Assembly: GCA_964016885.1 (NCBI GenBank)
Contig: CAXHJY010001715.1
Span: forward strand, 1-64,000
Length of the DNA stretch: 64,000 nt
From: Eledone cirrhosa
Lineage: Eukaryota
Direction of reading: 5' to 3'
The notes beneath the pieces were generated by a model that was not told the DNA's origin, ran no database searches, and worked only from the letters and a program-made list of their open reading frames with translations. The number at the start of each line of letters is the position of its first letter. Position 1 is the stretch's first letter. This document shows, piece after piece, positions 1-14,436 of the stretch. A program made the position numbers and the translations under genes.

Positions 1-3000
1 TGATTGTGGTGTGTTGGTGATTATGATGATGATGATGATTGTGGTGTGTTGGTGATTATGATGATGATGATGATTGTTGTGTGTTGGAGATTATGATGAT
101 GATGATGATTGTGGTGTGTTGGAGATTATGATGATGATGATGATTGTGGTGTTTGGAGATTATGATGATGATGATGATTGTGGTGTGTTGGTGATTATGG
201 TGATGATGATGATTGTGGTGTGTTGGTGATTATGGTGATGATGATGATTGTGGTGTGTTGGTGATTATGATGATGATGATGATTGTGGTGTGTTGGTGAT
301 TATGATGATGATGATGATTGTGGTGTGTTGGTGATTATGATGATGATGATGATTGTGGTGTTTTGGAGATTATGATGATGATGATGATTGTGGTGTGTTG
401 GTGATTATGATGATGATGATGATTGTGGTGTGTTGGTGATTATGATGATGATGATGATTGTGGTGTGTTGGTGATTATGATGATGATGATGATTGTGGTG
501 TGTTGGTGATTATGATGATGATGATTGTGGTGTGTTGGAGATTATGATGATGATGATTGTGGTGTGTTGGTGATTATGATGATGATGATGATTGTGGTGT
601 GTTGGTGATTATGATGATGATGATGATTGTGGTGTGTTGGTGATTATGATGATGATGATGATTGTGGTGTGTTGGAGATTATGATGATGATGATGATTGT
701 GGTGTGTTGGAGATTATGATGATGATGATGATTGTGGTGTGTTGGTGATTATGATGATGATGATGATGATATGATTGTGGTGTGTTGGTGATTATGATGA
801 TGATGATGATTGTGGTGTGTTGGAGATTATGATGATGATGATGATTGTGGTGTGTTGGTGATGATGATGATGATGATGATTGTGGTGTGTTGGTGATTAT
901 GATGATGATGATGATTGTGGTGTGTTGGTGATTATGATGATGATGATGATGATGATGATGATTGTGGTGTGTTGGTGATTATGATGATGATGATGATTGT
1001 GGTGTGTTGGTGATTATGATGATGATGATGATTGTGGTGTGTTGGTGATTATGATGATGATGATGATTGTGGTGTGTTGGTGATTATGATGATGATGATG
1101 ATTGTGGTGTGTTGGTGATTATGATTATGATGATGATTGTGGTGTGTTGGAGGTTATGATGATGATGATTGTGGTGTGTTGGTGATTATGATGATGATGA
1201 TGATTGTGGTGTGTTGGTGATTATGATGATGATGATGATTGTGGTGTGTTGGTGATTATGATGATGATGATGATTGTGGTGTGTTGGAGATTATGATGAT
1301 GATGATGATTGTGGTGTGTTGGTGATTATGATGATGATGATGATTGTGGTGTGTTGGAGATTATGATGATGATGATGATTGTGGTGTGTTGGAGATTATG
1401 ATGATGATGATGATTGTGGTGTGTTGGAGATTATGATGATGATGATGATTGTGGTGTGTTGGTGATTATGATGATGATGATGATTGTGGTGTGTTGGAGA
1501 TTATGATGATGATGATTGTGGTGTGTTGGTGATTATGATGATGATGATGATTGTGGTGTGTTGGTGATTATGATGATGATGATTGTGGTGTGGTGGTGAT
1601 TATGATGATGATGATGATTGTGGTGTGTTGGTGATTATGATGATGATGATGATTGTGGTGTGTTGGTGATTATGATTATGATGATGATTGTGGTGTGTTG
1701 GAGGTTATGATGATGATGATTGTGGTGTGTTGGTGATTATGATGATGATGATGATTGTGGTGTGTTGGTGATTATGATGATGATGATGATTGTGGTGGGT
1801 TGGTGATTATGGTGATGATGATGATTGTGGTGTGTTGGTGATTATGATGATGATGATGATTGTGGTGTGTTGGTGATTATGATGATGATGATGATTGTGG
1901 TGTGTTGGAGATTATGATGATGATGATTGTGGTGTGTTGGTGATTATGATGATGATGATTGTGGTGTGTTGGTGATTATGATGATGATGATTGTGGTGTG
2001 GTGGTGATTATGATGATGATGATGATTGTGGTGTGTTGGTGATTATGATGATGATGATGATTGTGGTGTGTTGGTGATTATGATGATGATGATGATTGTG
2101 GTGTGTTTATGATGATGATGATGATTGTGGTGTGTTGGTGATTATGATGATGATGATGATTGTGGTGTGTTGGTGATTATGATGATGATGATTGTGGTGT
2201 GTTGGAGATTATGATGATGATGATGATTGTGGTGTGTTGGTGATTATGATGATGATGATGATTGTGGTGTGTTGGAGATTATGATGATGATGATTGTGGT
2301 GTGTTGGTGATTATGATGATGATGATGATTGTGGTGTGTTGGTGATTATGATGATGATGATTGTGGTGTGTTGGTGATTATGACGATGATGATGATTGTG
2401 GTGTGTTGGTGATTATGATGATGATGATGATGATGATTGTGGTGTGTTGGTGATTATGATGATGATGATGATTGTGGTGTTTTGGAGATTATGATGATGA
2501 TGATGATTGTGGTGTGTTGGTGATTATGATGATGATGATGATTGTGGTGTGTTGGTGATTATGATGATGATGATGATTGTGGTGTTTTGGAGATTATGAT
2601 GATGATGATGATTGTGGTGTGTTGGTGATTATGATGATGATGATGATTGTGGTGTTTTGGAGATTATGATGATGATGATGATTGTGGTGTGTTGGTGATT
2701 ATGATGATGATGATGATTGTGGTGTGTTGGTGATTATGATGATGATGATTGTGTGTTTTGGAGATTATGATGATGATGATTGTGGTGTGTTGGTGATTAT
2801 GATGATGATGATGATTGTGGTGTTTTGGAGATTATGATGATGATGATGATTGTGGTGTGTTGGTGATTATGATGATGATGATGATTGTGGTGTGTTGGTG
2901 ATTATGATGATGATGATTGTGGTGTGTTGGTGATTATGACGATGATGATGATTGTGGTGTGTTGGTGATTATGATGATGATGATTGTGGTGTGTTGGTGA

Positions 3001-6000
3001 TTATGATGATGATGATGATTGTGGTGATTTGGAGATTATGATGATGATGATGATTGTGGTGTGTTGGTGATTATGGTGATGATGATGATTGTGGTGTTTT
3101 GGAGATTATGATGATGATGATTGTGGTGTGTTGGTGATTATGATGATGATGATGATTGTGGTGTGTTGGTGATTATGATGATGATGATGATTGTGGTGTT
3201 TGGAGATTATGATGATGATGATGATTGTGGTGTGTTGGTGATTATGATGATGATGATGATTGTGGTGTGTTGGTGATTATGATGATGATGATGATTGTTG
3301 TGTGTTGGAGATTATGATGATGATGATGATTGTGGTGTTTTGGAGATTATGATGATGATGATGATTGTGGTGTGTTGGTGATTATGATGATGATGATGAT
3401 TGTGGTGTGTTGGTGATTATGATGATGATGATGATTGTTGTGTGTTGGAGATTATGATGATGATGATGATTGTGGTGTTTGGAGATTATGATGATGATGA
3501 TGATTGTGGTGTGTTGGTGATTATGATGATGATGATGATTGTGGTGTGTTGGTGATTATGATGATGATGATGATTGTTGTGTGTTGGAGATTATGATGAT
3601 GATGATGATTGTGGTGTTTTGGAGATTATGATGATGATGATGATTGTGGTGTGTTGGTGATTATGATGATGATGATGATTGTGGTGTGTTGGTGATTATG
3701 ATGATGATGATGATTGTGGTGTGTTGGTGATTATGATGATGATGATGATTGTGGTGTGTTGGTGATTATGATGATGATGATGATTGTGGTGTGTTGGTGA
3801 TTATGATGATGATGATGATTGTGGTGTGTTGGTGATTATGGTGATGATGATGATTGTGGTGTGTTGGTGATTATGATGATGATGATTGTGGTGTGTTGGT
3901 GATTATGATGATGATGATGATTGTTGTGTGTTGGAGATTATGATGATGATGATGATTGTGGTGTGTTGGTGATTATGATGATGATGATGATTGTGGTGTT
4001 TTGGAGATTATGATGATGATGATGATTGTGGTGTGTTGGTGATTATGGTGATGATGATGATTGCGGTGTGTTGGTGATTATGGTGATGATGATGATTGTG
4101 GTGTGTTGGTGATTATGATGATGATGATGATTGTGGTGTGTTGGTGATTATGATGATGATGATGATTGTGGTGTGTTGGTGATTATGATGATGATGATGA
4201 TTGTGGTGTTTGGAGATTATGATGATGATGATGATTGTGGTGTGTTGGTGATTATGATGATGATGATGATTGTGGTGTGTTGGTGATTATGATGATGATG
4301 ATGATTGTGGTGTGTTGGTGATTATGATGATGATGATGATTGTGGTGTGTTGGTGATTATGATGATGATGATGATTGTGGTGTGTTGGTGATTATGATGA
4401 TGATGATGATTGTGGTGTGTTGGTGATTATGGTGATGATGATGATTGTGGTGTGTTGGTGATTATGATGATGATGATGATTGTGGTGTGTGGTGATTATG
4501 ATGATGATGATGATTGTGGTGTGTTGGTGATTATGATGATGATGATGATTGTGGTGTGTTGGTGATTATGATGATGATGATGATTGTGGTGTGTTGGTGA
4601 TTATGATGATGATGATGATTGTGGTGTGTTGGTGATTATGATGATGATGATTGTGGTGTGTTGGTGATTATGATGATGATGATTGTGGTGTGTTGGTGAT
4701 TATGGTGATGATGATGATTGTGGTGTGTTGGTGATTATGATGATGATGATTGTGGTGTGTTGGTGATTATGATGATGATGATGATTGTGGTGTGTTGGTG
4801 ATTATGATGATGATGATGATTGTGGTGTGTTGGTGATTATGATGATGATGATGATTGTGGTGTGTTGGTGATTATGATGATGATGATGATTGTGGTGTTT
4901 TGGAGATTATGATGATGATGATGATTGTGGTGTGTTGGTGATTATGATGATGATGATGATTGTGGTGTTTTGGAGATTATGATGATGATGATGATTGTGG
5001 TGTGTTGGTGATTATGATGATGATGATGATTGTGGTGTGTTGGTGATTATGATGATGATGATGATTGTGGTGTGTTGGTGATTATGATGATGATGATGAT
5101 TGTGGTGTGTTGGAGATTATGATGATGATGATGATTGTGGTGTGTTGGTGATTATGGTGATGATGATGATTGTGGTGTGTTGGTGATTATGATGATGATG
5201 ATGATTGTGGTGTGTTGGTGATTATGATGATGATGATGATTGTGGTGTGTTGGAGATTATGATGATGATGATGATTGTGGTGTGTTGGTGATTATGATGA
5301 TGATGATTGTGGTGTGTTGGTGATTATGATGATGATGATGATTGTGGTGTTTTGGAGATTATGATGATGATGATGATTGTGGTGTGTTGGTGATTATGAT
5401 GATGATGATGATTGTGGTGTGTTGGTGATTATGATGATGATGATGATTGTGGTGTGTTGGTGATTATGATGATGATGATGATTGTGGTGTGTTGGAGATT
5501 ATGATGATGATGATGATTGTGGTGTGTTGGTGATTATGATGATGATGATGATTGTGGTGTGTTGGTGATTATGATGATGATGATGATTGTGGTGTGTTGG
5601 TGATTATGATGATGATGATGATTGTGGTGTGTTGGAGATTATGATGATGATGATGATTGTGGTGTGTTGGAGATTATGATGATGATGATGATTGTGGTGT
5701 GTTGGTGATTATGATGATGATGATGATTGTGGTGTGTTGGTGATTATGATGATGATGATGATTGTGGTGTGTTGGTGATTATGATGATGATGATGATTGT
5801 GGTGTGTTGGTGATTATGATGATGATGATGATTGTGGTGTGTTGGTGATTATGATGATGATGATGATTGTGGTGTGTTGGTGATTATGATGATGATGATG
5901 ATTGTGGTGTGTTGTGATTATGATGATGATGATGATTGTGGTGTGTTGGTGATTATGATGATGATGATGATTGTGGTGTGTTGGAGATTATGATGATGAT

Positions 6001-9000
6001 GATGATTGTGGTGTGTTGGTGATTATGATGATGATGATGATTGTGGTGTGTTGGTGATTATGATGATGATGATGATTGTGGTGTGTTGGAGATATGATGA
6101 TGATGATTGTGTGTGTGTTATGATGATGATGATGATTGTGGTGTGTTGGTGATTATGATGATGATGATGATTGTGGTGTGTTGGTGATTATGATGATGAT
6201 GATGATTGTGGTGTGTTGGTGATTATGATGATGATGATGATTGTGGTGTGTTGGTGATTATGATGATGATGATGATTGTGGTGTGTTGGTATTATGATGA
6301 TGATGATGATTGTGTGTGTTGGTGATTATGATGATGATGATGATTGTGGTGGGTTGGTGATTATGATGATGATGATGATTGTGGTGTGTTGGTGATTATG
6401 ATGATGATGATGATTGTGTGTGTTGGTGATTATGATGATGATGATGATTGTGGTGTGTTGGTGATTATGATGATGATGATGATTGTGGTGTGTTGGTGAT
6501 TATGATGATGATGATGATTGTGGTGTGTTGGTGATTATGATGATGATGATGATGATTGTGGTGTGTTGGAGATTATGATGATGATGATGATTGTGGTGTG
6601 TTGGAGATTATGATGATGATGATGATTGTGGTGTGTTGGAGATATGATGATGATGATGATTGTGGTGTGTTGGAGATTATGATGATGATGATGATTGTGG
6701 TGTGTTGGTGATTATGATGATGATGATGATTGTGGTGTGTTGGTGATTATGATGATGATGATGATTGTGGTGTGTTGGTGATTATGATGATGATGATTGT
6801 GGTGTGTTGGTGATTATGATGATGATGATTGTGGTGTGTTGGAGATTATGATGATGATGATGATTGTGGTGTGTTGGTGATTATGATGATGATGATGATT
6901 GTGGTGTGTTGGTGATTATGATGATGATGATGATTGTGGTGTGTTGGAGATTATGATGATGATGATTGTGGTGTGTTGGTGATTATGATGATGATGATGA
7001 TTGTGGTGTGTTGGTGATTATGATGATGATGATGATTGTGGTGTGTTGGTGATTATGATGATGATGATTGTGGTGTGTTGGTGATTATGATGATGATGAT
7101 GATTGTGGTGTGTTGGTGATTATGATGATGATGATGATTGTGGTGGGTTGGTGATTATGATGATGATGATTGTGGTGTGTTGGTGATTATGATGATGATG
7201 ATGATTGTGGTGTGTTGGAGATTATGATGATGATGATGATTGTGGTGTGTTGGTGATTATGATGATGATGATGATGATTGTGGTGTGTTGGAGATTATGA
7301 TGATGATGATGATTGTGGTGTGTTGGTGATTATGATGATGATGATTGTGGTGTGTTGGTGATTATGATGATGATGATGATGATTGTGGTGTGTTGGTGAT
7401 TATGATGATGATGATGATTGTGGTGTGTTGGAGATTATGATGATGATGATGATTGTGGTGTGTTGGAGATTATGATGATGATGATGATTGTGGTGTGTTG
7501 GAGATTATGATGATGATGATTGTGGTGTGTTGGTGATTATGATGATGATGATGATGATTGTGGTGTGTTGGAGATTATGATGATGATGATGATTGTGGTG
7601 TGTTGGAGATTATGATGATGATGATTGTGGTGTGTTGGTGATTATGATGATGATGATGATGATTGTGGTGTGTTGGAGATTATGATGATGATGATGATTG
7701 TGGTGTGTTGGAGATTATGATGATGATGATTGTGGTGTGTTGGTGATTATGATGATGATGATGATTGTGGTGTGTTGGAGATTATGATGATGATGATGAT
7801 TGTGGTGTGTTGGAGATTATGATGATGATGATGATTGTGGTGTGTTGGAGATTATGATGATGATGATTGGGTGGTGATTTGGTGATGATGATGATTGTGG
7901 TGTGTTGGTGATTATGATGATGATGATGATTGTGGTGTGTGGTGATTATGATGATGATGATGATTGTGGTGGGTTGGTGATTATGGTGATGATGATGATT
8001 GTGGTGTGTTGGTGATTATTGATGATGATGATGATTGTGGTGTTTGGTGATTATGATGATGATGATGATTGTGGTGTGTTGGTGATTATGGTGATGATGA
8101 TGATTGTGGTGTGTTGGTGATTATGATGATGATGATGATTGTGGTGTGTTGGTGATTATGATGATGATGAGATTGTGGTGTGTTGGTGATTACGGTGATG
8201 ATGATGATTGTGGTGTGTTGGTGATTATGATGATGATGATGATTGTGGTCGGGTTGGTGATTATGATGATGATGATGATTGTGGTGTGTTGGTGATTATG
8301 ATGATGATGATTGTGGTGTGTTGGTGATTATGGTGATGATGATGATGATTGTGGTGTGTTGGAGATTATGATGATGATGATGATTGTGTGTGTTGGAGAT
8401 TATGATGATGATGATTGTGGTGTGTTGGAGATTATGATGATGATGATGATTGTGGTGTGTTGGAGATTATGATGATGATGATTGTGGTGTGTTGGTGATT
8501 ATGATGATGATGATGATGATTGTGGTGTGTTGGAGATTATGATGATGATGATGATTGTGGTGTGTTGGAGATTATGATGATGATGATTGTGGTGTGTTGG
8601 TGATTATGATGATGATGATGATGATTGTGGTGTGTTGGAGATTATGATGATGATGATGATTGTGGTGTGTTGGAGATTATGATGATGATGATTGTGGTGT
8701 GTTGTGATTATGATGATGATGATGATGATTGTGTTGTGTTGGAGATTATGATGATGATGATGATGATTGTCGTGTGTTGGAGATTATGATGATGATGATG
8801 ATTGTAGGTGTGTTGGAGATTATGATGATGATGATGATTGTGGTGTGTTGGAGATTATGATGATGATGATTGTGGTTGTGTTGGAGATTATGATGATGAT
8901 GATTGTGGTGTGTTGGAGATTATGATGATGATGATGATTGTGGTGTGTTGGAGATTATGATGATGATGATTGTGGTGTGTTGGTGATTATGATGATGATG

Positions 9001-12000
9001 ATGATGATTGTGGTGTGTTGGAGATTATGATGATGATGATGATTGTGGTGTGTTGGAGATTATGATGATGATGATTGTGGTGTGTTGGTGATTATGATGA
9101 TGATGATGATTGTGGTGTGTTGGAGATTATGATGATGATGATGATGATTGTGGTGTGTTGGAGATTATGATGATGATGATGATTGTGGTGTGTTGGAGAT
9201 TATGATGATGATGATGATTGTGGTGTGTTGGAGATTATGATGATGATGATTGTGGTGTGTTGGAGATTATGATGATGATGATGATTGTGGTGTGTTGGAG
9301 ATTATGATGATGATGATGATTGTGGTGTGTTGGTGATTATGTGATGATGATGATGATTGTGGTGTGTTGGAGATTATGATGATGATGATGATTGTGGTGT
9401 GTTGGTGATTGTGATGATGATGATGATTGTGGTGTGTTGGTGATTATGATGATGATGATGATTGTGGTGGGTTGGTGATTATGGTGATGATGATGATTGT
9501 GGTGTGTTGGTGATTGTGATGATGATGATGATTGTGGTGTGTTGGTGATTATGATGATGATGATGATTGTGGTGTGTTGGTGATTGTGATGATGATGATG
9601 ATTGTGGTGGGTTGGTGATTATGGTGATGATGATGATTGTGGTGTGTTGGTGATTATGATGATGATGATGATTGTGGTGTGTTGGTGATTATGATGATGA
9701 TGATGATTGTGGTGTGTTGGTGATTACGGTGATGATGATGATTGTGGTGTGTTGGTGATTATGATGATGATGATGATTGTGGTGGGTTGGTGATTATGGT
9801 GATGATGATGATTGTGGTGTGTTGGTGATTATGATGATGATGATGATTGTGGTGTGTTGGTGATTATGATGATGATGATGATTGTGGTGGGTTGGTGATT
9901 ATGGTGATGATGATGATTGTGGTGTGTTGGTGATTATGATGATGATGATGATTGTGGTGTGTTGGTGATTATGATGATGATGATGATTGTGGTGGGTTGG
10001 TGATTATGGTGATGATGATGATTGTGGTGTGTTGGTGATTATGATGATGATGATGATGATTGTGGTGTGTTGGTGATTATGATGATGATGATGATTGTGG
10101 TGTGTTGGTGATTACGGTGATGATGATGATTGTGGTGTGTTGGTGATTATGATGATGATGATGATTGTGGCGGGTTGGTGATTATGGTGATGATGATGAT
10201 TGTGGTGTGTTGGTGATTATGATGATGATGATGATTGTGGTGTGTTGGTGATTACGGTGATGATGATGATTGTGGTGTGTTGGTGATTATGATGATGATG
10301 ATGATTGTGGTGTGTTGGAGATTATGATGATGATGATGATTGTGGTGTGTTGGTGATTATGATGATGATGATGATTGTGGTGTGTTGGTGATTATGATGA
10401 TGATGATGATTGTGGTGTGTTGGTGATTACGGTGATGATGATGATTGTGGTGTGTTGGTGATTATGATGATGATGATGATTGTGGTGTGTTGGTGATTAT
10501 GATGATGATGATGATTGTGGTGTGTTGGTGATTATGATGATGATGATGATTGTGGTGTGTTGGTGATTATGGTGATGATGATGATTGTGGTGTGTTGGTG
10601 ATTATGATGATGATTGTGGTGTGTTGGAGATTATGATGCTGATGATGATTGTGGTGTGTTGGTGATTATGATGATGATGATGATTGTGGTGTGTTGGTGA
10701 TTATGATGATGATGATGATTGTGGTGTGTTGGTGATTATGATGATGATGATGATGATTGTGGTGTGTTGGTGATTATGATGATGATGATGATTGTGGTGT
10801 GTTGGAGATTATGATGATGATGATTGTGGTGTGTTGGTGATTATGATGATGATGATGATGATTGTGGTGTGTTGGAGATTATGATGATGATGATGATGAT
10901 TGTGGTGTGTTGGAGATTATGATGATGATGATGATTGTGGTGTGTTGGTGATTATGATGATGATGATTGTGGTGTGTTGGTGATTATGATGATGATGATG
11001 ATGATTGTGGTGTGTTGGTGATTATGATGATGATGATGATGATTGTGGTGTGTTGGAGATTATGATGATGATGATGATTGTGGTGTGTTGGTGATGATGA
11101 TGATGATTGTGGTGTGTTGGTGATTATGATGATGATGATGATTGTGGTGTGTTGGTGATTATGATGATGATGATGATTGTGGTGTGTTGGTGATTATGAT
11201 GATGATGATGATGATTGTGGTGTGTTGGTGATTATGATGATGATGATGATTGTGGTGTGTTGGAGATGATGATGATGATTGTGGTGTGTTGGTGATTATG
11301 ATGATGATGATGATGATTGTGGTGTGTTGGTGATTATGATGATGATGATTGTGGTGTGTTGGTGATTATGATGATGATGATGATTGTGGTGTGTTGGAGA
11401 TTATGATGATGATGATGATGATTGTGGTGGGTTGGTGATTATGATGATGATTGTGGTGTGTTGGTGATTATGATGATGATGATTGTGGTGTGTTGGAGAT
11501 TATGATGATGATGATGATTGTGGTGTGTTGGAGATTATGATGATGATGATGATTGTGGTGTGTTGGTGATTATGATGATGATGATGATTGTGGTGTGTTG
11601 GAGATTATGATGATGATGATGATGATTGTGGTGGGTTGGTGATTATGATGATGATGATGATTGTGGTGTGTTGGAGATTATGATGATGATGATGATGATT
11701 GTGGTGTGTTGGTGATTATGATGATGATGATGATTGTGGTGTGTTGGTGATTATGATGATGATGATGATTGTGGTGTGTTGGTGATTATGATGATGATGA
11801 TGATTGTGGTGTGTTGGTGATTATGATGATGATGATTGTGGTGGGTTGGTGATTATGATGATGATGATGATTGTGGTGTGTTGGTGATTATGATGATGAT
11901 GATGATTGTGGTGTGTTGGTGATTATGATGATGATGATGATGATTGTGGTGTGTTGGTGATTATGATGATGATGATGATGATTGTTGGTGTGTTGGTGAT

Positions 12001-13370
12001 TATGATGATGATGATGATTGTGGTGTGTTGGAGATTATGATGATGATGATTGTGGTGTGTTGGTGATTACGATGATGATGATGATTGTGGTGTTTTGGTG
12101 ATTATGATGATGATGATGATTGTGGTGTGTTGGTGATTATGATGATGATTGTGGTGTGTTGGTGATTATGATGATGATGATGATGATTGTGGTGTGTTGG
12201 TGATTATGATGATGATGATGATTGTGGTGTGTTGGAGATTATGATGATGATGATGATGATTGTGGTGGGTTGGTGATTATGGTGATGATGATGATTGTGG
12301 TGTGTTGGAGATTATGATGATGATGATGATTGTGGTGGGTTGGTGAATAATGATGATGATGATGATTGTGGTGTGTTGGTGATTATGATGATGATGATGA
12401 TGATTGTGGTGTGTTGGTGATTATGATGATGATGATGATGATTGTGGTGTGTTGGTGATTATGATGATGATGATGATTGTGGTGTGTTGGTGATTATGAT
12501 GATGATGATGATTGTGGTGTGTTGGTGATTATGATGATGATGATTGTGGCGTGTTGGTGATTATGATGATGATGATGATTGTGGTGTGTTGGTGATTATG
12601 ATTATGATGATGATGATGATGATGATTATGATGATGATGATGATGATGATTGTGGTGTGTTGGTGATTATGATGATGATGATGATGATGATTGTGGTGTG
12701 TTGGTGATTATGATGATGATGATGATTGTGGTGTGTTGGAGATTATGATGATGATGATGATGATGATTGTGGTGTGTTGGTGATTATGATGATGATGATG
12801 ATTGTGGTGTGTTGGTGATTATGAAGATGATGATGATTGTGGTGTGTTGGTGATTATGATGATGATGATGATTGTGGTGTGTTGGAGATTATGAAGATGA
12901 TGATGATTGTGGTGTGTTGGTGATTATGATGATGATGATGATTGTGGTGTGTTGGAGATTATGATGATGATGATGATTGTGGTGTGTTGGTGATTATGAT
13001 GATGATGATGATTGTGGTGTGTTGGTGATTATGAAGATGATGATGATTGTGGTGTGTTGGTGATTATGATGATGATGATGATTGTGGTGTGTTGGAGATT
13101 ATGATGATGATGATGATTGTGGTGTGTTGGTGATTATGATGATGATGATGATTGTGGTGTGTTGGTGATTATGATGATGATGATGATTATGGCGTGTTGG
13201 TGATTATGATGATGATGATGATTGTGGTGTGTTGGAGATTATGATAATGATGATGATGATTGTGATGTGTTGGTGATTATGATGATGATGATGATTGTGG
13301 TGTGTTGGTGATTATGATAATGATGATGATTGTGGTGTGCTGGAGATTATGATAATGATGATGATCATTA
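1..13370. repeat. 35-bp tandem satellite, consensus TGATTGTGGTGTGTTGG(T/A)GATTATGATGATGATGA; 32/38-bp variants differ by one GAT; runs off the left edge
   Basis: TGATTGTGGT recurs at 1, 36, etc. The + strand is almost free of C. The array degenerates into GAT/AAT runs near 13.2-13.37 kb. Confidence 0.97.
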
Positions 13371-13895
13371 TCTAAACTATAATAAAGGAAGGTCTTGTCG
13401 GGACTGCGTACGGTTTATATTTTTATCCCGTTATTAAAATAAGTTGGATTACTTTGAATAAATAATGAATGAATATTACATAATTTATCTACTAAATTTC
13501 GTAAAAATAAATAATTTCAAATTGACTTCTTTCCAAAGTTGCACTTCCGGTATATCGTTCCCACCACCACCACCACCACCTCCACTTCAACTACCATATA
13601 TATAGAAAGAGAGAGTGTGTGATGGCGATCACTTAAATAAACATACTAATTTTCTGTCACTAATTTTCTCCTAATGCAGTTTATATATAATATCGTCTTA
13701 TTTCAATGTATCATGGATTACATTACTGATTACAGAAGACAGTGTAACACAGTCTTTGTTCAATTTCTGTGTATATTGTCAATTACGATTTTATTTGATG
13801 TATCATATCTACATGTATATATATTTGTGTATAATATCAATATACACACTACACATACTAGCAGAAAACCACCCACAGGGTGGCTTTTCTGCTAG
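13371..13895 (+). mobile_element. Non-autonomous Helitron-like element (~525 bp)
   Basis: A|TCTAAACTATAATAAA at the 5' end. The 3' end has a hairpin (13857-13896) ending CTAG|T. Inserted between A and T with no TSD. Confidence 0.65.
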
Positions 13896-13932
13896 TCATA
13901 ATAATAAACAAATTACGATAAAGGCAATTGTG

Positions 13933-14120
13933 ATAATAATTGTTTCTACTTTTGGCACAAGGCCAACATTTACCCAGTGCATTACTGGTACTTTATTTTA
14001 TCGACCTCGTAAGATGAAAGGCAAAGTTAACATTGGCGGGATTTGAACTCAGAATGGTAAGGGCCGTAACTCTATACGTCAAAGCATGGCGTCCGACCCT
14101 ATACTGCCAATCCACCGCCC
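13933..14120 (-). mobile_element. tRNA-derived SINE, family 2 (~190 bp)
   Basis: Reverse complement reads GGGCGGTGGATTGGCAGTAT...GAGTTCAAATCCCGCC (B box)...TTTGCCTTTCATC...GTCGATAAAATAAAGTACCAG...GGCCTTGTGCCAAAAGTAGAAACAATTATT. There are 6 full copies in the window. Confidence 0.85.
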
Positions 14121-14436
14121 CAAGGCAAATCCACTGCAATAATGATAATAATTATCATAACAATGATGATGATGATGATTATGCCGATGTGGATGATTAT
14201 AATCATGAGAATTACAATGATCCTGATGATGATCATGATAATAGTAGTGTTGCTGCTGCTGATGATGATGATGAAGTACATTTCTGAAAATAACTAGTTT
14301 TATTTTTTGTTGTTTTTAATATCCTGACTTAGTTTTTATGTATTTTTACATTATTCTCATATTCGGACTGGCTGATTCTGTATGGTGTGTATAGCTCAGT
14401 CTACTTGGTATTTGGTGGATATACACTAGCAGGCAC

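Noticed and set aside
8104-8295. 63-aa ORF in the satellite
   Set aside because: Chance stop-free stretch of the repeat.
1-13370. Telomeric or telomerase-like array at the window start
   Set aside because: There is no TTAGGG unit. At a left chromosome end the + strand should be C-rich, but here it is G/T-rich.
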